Below are positions 57,167-64,000 of a stretch of 64,000 nucleotides of DNA, in pieces. How positions within the stretch are numbered: the first letter of the stretch is position 1; the number at the start of each line of letters is the position of its first letter. The notes beneath the pieces were generated by a model. That model made no database searches. It was not told the DNA's origin and worked only from the letters and a program-made list of their open reading frames with translations. Both the position numbers and the translations under genes were made by a program. Origin of the DNA: Squalus acanthias. Lineage: Eukaryota. The DNA lies in assembly GCA_030390025.1 (NCBI GenBank), contig CM059432.1, positions 94,862,001-94,926,000 of the forward strand, given 5' to 3'.

Positions 57167-59430
57167 GAAGACATTTGCAGATCATCTGTCTTGAATATGA
57201 ATGCTTAGAAACAATGCATCTTGTTATAAGGTTCACCTGTTTGCTGAAGCACAATAACGTCACTTTTATTGTTAACCGATATTGCAAGGAATAAAAAGCT
57301 GCACTTAACGTGGCCGAAATATTACAGAACGGAGTTACTACACTATATATGGCAAAAAAATGCAACTTGCTCCAAAGCAATTTTGTCGATTTACCTGAAA
57401 AATGCCAGGCGTAGAAGTTAAAATTTCACCAACCCAGAATCAAATGTCAGCAGCCGTAGTTCATTTTCTGTTGTCTATTTATCCAAACTTTGAGTGCCAT
57501 TTGCTGCAGAAATTAGGTTGTTCCTTTGTAATGCATTTCAAAGTTCCATTTAAACGTGGCCTGTGTTTGTGCACACAGAAGGATTTTTGATCATTATTTT
57601 TAACCTTGTTTTTTCTTCTTGAGCTCCATTGTTTGACACCATATTTTTGTTTGTTATGCAGAAAGTTAAAAGAACATCTTCTATCCTTTTAGAATTTATC
57701 TGTGGAGTAGTGCCCGTCAGAGCCTCGTTGTCTTTGATCTTTTGGTGTTAATATGAGTAACAGAATTAGTCCATCTCTGATTTGTCTTTCTGCTTCCCAT
57801 AGCCTTGATGCTGTGCTTCAACACCTCCCAATATTTCAATGCTGGTGATATTTGAAATGATCACACAGAATACGAAGCTATTATGTATGGAATTTAGGCT
57901 ACGAACAAACCATACGTCGCATGGAAATGGAATGCTTATTCAGCATTTCTTTAATATTGCACTTTCCTTGTCCACTCGCTTCTTTGGGAGCGGGGAAGGG
58001 GTGGAAGAGGCACAAATCCGTTCCAGGCTTTCCGCATCAATACATACAAATGTGAAATGAACAGCTTGCTGCTAATGAATCTTTTCCTTTTCTCAGATTC
58101 CACAAGTAAATACTGCCTTGGAGGCAAAAACGTTGTTTTCAAATAATCGTGAAGAGCATAAAAATGTAAATTAAAGTTGGTGTTCAAATATGTAGTTCAG
58201 GCATACTTGAAATTTATCAACCATTAAACTGTTAAGAGTGCTTTGCATATAGCACTGTGCTTTCAGCTGTATTATTTCCATAAATGTCTTGTGTTCTTCT
58301 GGACAATTGCGTGACATTCAGGAGATTTCACGGACTATTGAAAGGAGGGATAAGCATTGAAACTAAATTCATGCAGCGCATTATTTAAAAAAAAAAAAAG
58401 TTCAGAGGCTGAACAAATCTGAGTTGTAGTTCGTACAATAGCAGGACAGCCAAAGCACTGCAGCATAAAAAAAAATCCAGCAGGCAGTCTGCGTATTTAA
58501 AATAGGTTGTTCTTGTCGCAGCCATATCTGCTAGTTTCATGCATATAAACTCATTTTTTTTAAGCTAACTACAACAAATTATTGCTCAAAACCTAAACGC
58601 AGGCATGAACCTATGATGATCTGTCAAAAGATTACAATTACCGTTGACTTTGAGTCTCATTTTTAAAATTGTTTTAAGCGCAACCCAAATCTTACACAAT
58701 TGAATTTGCAACTTTACATTTGCACTTGAACAGGGAAGGCATTTTGCGGGACACATGCAAATAGTTAACAGCTGGCACTGACAGCACCATATTAACCTCC
58801 TCCCTATATAATGCAAAATAAGTTTGTTAGAAACATGCAGCATTTTGCAGTTAAACAAATTTGCATCCCTCCTGGTTGTCATCATTCATCCAAAACTATT
58901 TGCTGTAGTCGCTAAATCAACCCATCTTTTGCTGGGGAAGGGTACAAATCAGTTAGACACTGATTTTTAAAAAAAAATTACAGCATGGTTCTATTATTAA
59001 TGCACCTGAAATAAAATGTTTTAAAATGGGCAATTTGTACAAGCCTTAATAGCTTTCCTTTTAAAAAAAAAACTATACAGCTCTGCCTGCATTATTGGGA
59101 AACAAATACCTTTTGCTTGCCCTGCCAGAAGTTGAACACTGCAGGGTGGTTGTTCAGGTGATTAGAAGAGGCTGAGAAGCAGATAGAGATAGAGGGAGAG
59201 AGAAAGATGCTGAGAAAGGTTCGGCACTTTAGTTGGAAAGATGGATCTTCTGCCTGCTTCGACGCTGCACTGCGTCACTTCTCACTTCTGGCTTTACGTA
59301 TAGATTGAACATCTGTTAGAGACTACTATGTTTCTTCAAAGGTCAGGTCTGCTACTGAGGTCAGGGCTTCCATACACGCAAAGCTGCTGGACACATTTTA
59401 CACTCGGAAAGAAAAACTAAACTGCTCTAG

Positions 59431-59870
59431 CTTTATAGTCAGCTAAGCATTTGAAACATGCGCTACCAGGCAACCAAGCTCTCCAGTATCGCTCCCTCCC
59501 TGACCATATTTAGTCAACCATAGCAAAAAATAGCCTTTCAGCTGTCGATTGTCGATCCAAGAGCTGGGGGAGTTCTATCGTGTGCTCAGCCTATTGATTG
59601 CTTATCCTGCAGATCCCTGACAAGGCTGTGCCATTTGGCTTCTATTTTTAGTTGAGCCAAATAAAGCAGTCTCTCATGTTTCTACTAATGTTTCCTGGCT
59701 TTTCAGTGTTCCTCTGCTGCACATGGTAGAGTCTGATGCAATCTGCACTATACTTAGAAGCACTGCAGAGGATATGAATGCTAGAACCAAGGGAAAGTGT
59801 CAGCTGGGAGAAAGTGGGGGGAAAAAATCTACCACCAAGAGAACAGATTGTGTAACTTGATTTCTTATCA
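59431..59870 (-). promoter_or_regulatory. Candidate muscle promoter/enhancer of the pri-mir-1/133a transcript
   Basis: Perfect MEF2 site CTATTTTTAG (59642-59651); E-boxes CAGCTG (59539-59544, 59801-59806); GATA sites CTTATC (59601-59606, 59864-59869); one-mismatch CArG CCATATTTAG (59504-59513); minus-strand CTATAAAG TATA (59438-59431) oriented toward mir-1. Confidence 0.6.
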
Positions 59871-60102
59871 TTGTAAAGTAATAGAGCTGTGAAAAATGTG
59901 CCTAGTGCAGAGGTACTATTGCAGGGATTCTGGAAAATGCATGTTAAGTCATTTGCTTGCCACAGTAAGATTCTTTTTTTTTTAAATGTGAGGATTGTAG
60001 CATACTTAAAGCTTGTTCGTGGATTATTGCTGTTAGAAAAATTCTTGCAGCTTGCTTGTTTAAAAATTGCTTGCTATGAAAATCTACTAAGAGAAACACG
60101 AA

Positions 60103-61100
60103 GGCCTAGAAATTGGATTAGGCCCAAAAATGGGCAGTGTCAAGGGCCAGCACTATTTGCCTGCGCCTGTTGAAAGTGGTCCAGGCAGCACGCAAAATTC
60201 GTGCTGCCTGCTCATTATAATGATTGGAGTGCTGATCTCCGCACGAAGCGTGCTGCTAATTGGCTTAGCGCTCAACAGGGGAGCCAATAGCGGGTGCAGT
60301 CTAATGGCCAGTAATGTTTGGCCTAGGCACTCTGCACTACTTAAAGGGGAGGTGCTTTGTTGCAGCAGCGCCTCATTCAGTCTCACTGAAGACTTGGCTC
60401 AGCAACCAAGGGAGCGAACATGAAGATTCTCGGATGCTGTAGTGGAGACCTTGGTCGTGGCTGTTTAAAGAAGGCGGGCTGTCCTGTTCCTGCATGGTGG
60501 CAGGAAGCCATCCAAGGCCACTTGCCGAAGGCTCTGGGAGGAGATAACCAACTCCGTCACGGCCACCAGTGTGGTCCCAAGGACGTGGATCCAGTAGCGA
60601 AAAGCGTTTAATGACCTCACATGACAGGTCAAGATGAGTGAAGGCTTCAGCAAATGCCATATCCCACCATCTGCATCTTAAGCCTCACACTGCTCCATGC
60701 ACTACACCCCCATCACTCACCAACCAACAATCTCTACCTATCACCTCTCCTACCTCACAATTCACTTCACCCTCACAACTGCTGCGACACCCTCACCCAT
60801 ATCTCACATCTTGCACACACTGACAGCTATTCAACGATGGCAGGCACATCACCCAAACACATTGCTCCACACTCACTCAGACTGCTGCCATCGTTGCTGG
60901 GTTTGAGTGTCGAAAGGGGCTTGCAAGGTGTCGCAGCAGGCCAGCAATCTGTCCGCCAACAGATTGCTAGGAATGCTGAGGCACCGTCTGGGGGAGTGGT
61001 AGTGGGTCTGTGGAGCAAGAACCTGCTGTCCTCTCTCAGGGTGACCGCATTCCTACTGCCACTCTGCCATTGCCCTTGCCACTGCCTTGAGGGACACCTA
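60103..61100 (+). mobile_element. Rearranged Harbinger Myb/SANT remnant related to 1-1795 and 10290-12364
   Basis: Starts GGCCTAGAAATTGGA. 60400-60632 reads RFSDAVVETLVVAV*RRRAVLF...LWEEITNSVTATSVVPRTWIQ*RKAFNDLT. Confidence 0.75.
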
Positions 61101-61555
61101 GAGAGCCGTGGTCGCCTTAGTTTTTGGACCAAATTATCCATCTTTAAATCAAATTCTACTTCACAATTTAACAAAAAATATCCAGTTGCTTTGACTCTGT
61201 CTAATTCTCATTCTTGTCCTAAATCAATTCACCACTTTGCCCCACTCTACTTCTGCCTCCAACTCCCTCTGAAATGGTCCGATCCTTTGATTCCTATTCA
61301 TCCTTCAAATCATCATTCATCCTTCAAATCCTCATTCATCCTCTTTTTTTTTCCCCCACCCCTTCATCCTACCAATGGTGGTAGACCCTTCAATTCTACT
61401 CTCCAAAACTCTTTCCACAGACCTCTCTGCTTTTCCACCTCTCATTTCACCTTTTTAAAAACATTAACAAACACATCCCCAGACAAGCTTTCCATCTTCT
61501 CCCACATCAGAGTCCAATTTCAGTTACCATCTCTGAAGTGCCCAGGCCTTTTATA

Positions 61556-61965
61556 GAAAGAAAAATGACTTTCATTTATATAGCGCCTTTCACGACCTCA
61601 GGACATCCCAAAGCTGTTTACAGCCAACTTATTATTTTTGAAGTGTAGTCACTATTGTAATGTGGGAAAAGTGGCAGCCAATTTGTGCACAGCAAGCTCC
61701 CACAAACAGTAATGAGATAATGACCAGATAATCTATTTTAGGTGTTGGCTGAAGGATAAATATTGGCCAGGACATTGAATAGTGCCATGGCATCTTTTAC
61801 GTCCACCTGAGAGGGCAGACAGGGTCTCGGTTTAACATCTCATCCTAAAGACGGCACCTCCGACAGTGCAACACTCCCTCAGTATTGCACTGAAGTGTCA
61901 GCCTAGATTTTTTGCTCAAGTCTTTAAAGTGGGACTTGAACCCATGGCCTTGTGACTGAGCCACG
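61556..61965 (-). mobile_element. Deu-domain SINE
   Basis: Reverse-complement similarity to 3234-3650. Confidence 0.78.
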
Positions 61966-62240
61966 GCTAAGACTTTTATGTTAAAGATGCAGTAGAAATT
62001 CAGGTTATTGTGGAAAAACAAGTACAACCCTTTGATATTTTCATACAATAGACCATAGAAACCTAAATCGGTATTTATTCATAGAGATTACTTCTCTATG
62101 AATTTACTGAATATTTAATTTTCTTCAAATTTTAAAAGGATCAACTTGTGCTGTGGTCGAGTTCCAAGTATGTTTGTGGCGCTATATACAACACCCTCAG
62201 TCCATTCTTCATGAGCATGAAGCAATGAATGTCATTATTT

Positions 62241-62443
62241 TGTGAGAAGTCGCACAACACCAGGTTATAGTCCAACAGCTTTATTTGAAATCACAAGCTT
62301 TCGGAGCGCTGCTCCTTTGTCACCTGACGAAGGAGCAGCGCTCCGAAAGCTTGTGATTTCAAATAAAGCTGTTGGACTATAACCTGGTGTTGTGCGACTT
62401 CTCACATTTGTCCACCCCAGTCCAACACCGGCATCTCCACATC
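62241..62443. mobile_element. Young Penelope-like inverted pLTR insertion (166-nt near-perfect palindrome) with minimal hammerhead motif
   Basis: 82-bp arms with one mismatch and a 2-nt loop (62241-62406). Flanked by the 14-bp direct repeat atgtcattattttg (62229-62242, 62444-62457). Confidence 0.8.
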
Positions 62444-62524
62444 ATGTCATTATTTTGACATTGGTTTAGCTTTGGTGATTAGGAGACTGTCTTCTCCTAT
62501 TGTGTATGTATGTGCAATCATCAC

Positions 62525-62930
62525 AACATAAGAAATAGGAGCAGGAGTCGGCCATATGGTCTATCTAGTCAGCTCTGCCATTCAGTAAGATCATGGCTGA
62601 ACTTCTACATCAACTCCACTTTCCCGGCCTATCTTTAATGCCCAAAAATCTATTCATCTTAGCCTTGAATATACTCATCGACTGAGCATGCACAGCACTC
62701 TGGGGTAGAAAATTCCAAAGATTCAAAACCCTCTGAGTGAAGAAATTTCTCCTCATCTCAGTCCTAAATGGCCAACCCCTTATCCGGAGACTATGACCCC
62801 TAGTTCTAGACTGTCCAGCCAGGGGAAATGGCCTCTCTGCATCTACCCTGTCAAGCCCTCTCAGAATTTTATGTTTCAATGAGATCACCTCTCATTCTTC
62901 TGAAGTCCAGAGAATATAGGCCCATTCTAC
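62525..62930 (-). mobile_element. CR1 3' fragment
   Basis: KILRGLDRVDAERPFPLAGQSRTRGHSLRIRG...; tail aacataagaaataggagcaggagt. Shorter tails of the same type at ~26725-26910 and ~30000-30165. Confidence 0.85.
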
Positions 62931-62940
62931 TCCATGATGG

Positions 62941-63631
62941 GCCCAGATTTTCCTGCTGGGGCAAGATCGGCGACATACCCTGTAAATTTAACCATCCAGC
63001 ACGCTGATCTTGCTATCTTAAGTTCCTCCATGTTTTCTTGCATTTCTAATTCGAATATACCATAGTGAGGATGGCGGTGAATCAAAAGTGGTGCGGTCAT
63101 TGTTCGCAGCAATTCGACAAATATGTGAACAGGGTGGCAATATAAAGTCTTAAAACCGGCTTTTATGCGAAGCCGAAGTATGGCATTCACCAAAAGCGCT
63201 CCTCCCACCAGGCCAATCTCACCTCGGTGGAATCGGTTGGCCTGTTTCTGTTTAGACCATGTTATTAAAGTGTCATGAATTTGAGTACGGAGAGCCTGTT
63301 CTCTAGCCTAATGATTAATTGTGCAAGCAATTTTTTAAAATCAGTATCGACGATAAATGCCGTTGCTGCCATTATTTTAAGTCTAACTGTCGAGAATCCA
63401 GCAAAATTGCGATCACCATTGTTTTCAATGGGGAGGTGGGGTTATGAAAATTAGCTTCCAACTATTTTTGGCAAGGAGCAACTGTGAAGTGGCACAAAAG
63501 ACCATGGAAAGTATGGAGCGCCAAAAGGGCGGTAACTTACTCTAATTTACTCTTTCTTTTGTACTGTTCAAGGGTCCAGACGACACAGGATGCATCATTT
63601 TAATGGCAATATTCCCCAGGAAAATCTGGGC
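62941..63631. mobile_element. Harbinger-type MITE
   Basis: Perfect 15-bp TIRs GCCCAGATTTTCCTG (62941-62955) / CAGGAAAATCTGGGC (63617-63631). Confidence 0.78.
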
Positions 63632-63889
63632 TGTAGTTTGCTGTATACAGTAGTTACTGGGAGAATGTCTCCTGACCAGTTTTTCTTCTCCCTAGCCCAG
63701 GAACACTGGCTTGTTGCACTACACCCACTGCTTCCTCCATCATTTGTTATTTTGTTTGCACTTAATAAATATAATTGGAATGAAAACAAAAATATCAGAT
63801 TAAAGTGTCAATTTGGCTCAGTTGGTAGCTTTCTCATCTGAGAAGGTTGTAGGTTGAAGACTTACTCCAGGACTAGAGAACATAACATT

Positions 63890-64000
63890 CGCGCCACACA
63901 AGTGCCAAGCAATGACATCTCCAACAAGCGAGCGTCTAACCACCACCCCTTGACATTCAATGGCATTACCATCACCGAATCCCCCACTATCAATATCGGG
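63890..64000 (+). mobile_element. Internal fragment of the second CR1-clade family, running off the window
   Basis: Reverse complement of the 20095-20185 and 47085-47185 sequence. Confidence 0.7.

Noticed and set aside
60654..61556. 300-aa ORF
   Set aside because: It spans a Harbinger intron remnant, a rearranged fragment and decayed L2-like sequence; no coherent protein.

Overview
This is eukaryotic vertebrate DNA, most likely from a cartilaginous fish, judging by the HE1/V-SINE, Deu-domain SINE and CR1 repeat content. The window lies inside the + strand gene MIB1 (mind bomb 1 E3 ubiquitin ligase). Three ankyrin-repeat coding exons (108, 198 and 152 nt, all with canonical AG/GT ends) are at 13398-13505, 29396-29593 and 30731-30882; the rest is intron. 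The last intron (>33 kb, unfinished in the window) hosts, on the - strand, the muscle microRNA pair mir-1 (57084-57166) and mir-133a (52148-52235). These sit in a ~9.4 kb island almost free of transposons, with a candidate muscle promoter (MEF2, GATA, E-box, CArG-like, TATA) at ~59.4-59.9 kb. Elsewhere the introns are dense with repeats: two CR1-clade LINE families (one with a tRNA-like 5' head), L2 and RTE fragments, SINEs, decayed PIF/Harbinger elements and MITEs, a hAT-type MITE, three Penelope-type insertions carrying minimal hammerhead ribozyme motifs, and a ~6 kb compound (CT)n microsatellite that generates the spurious 2000-aa ORFs. Family names and paralog comparisons come from recall, not from database searches.
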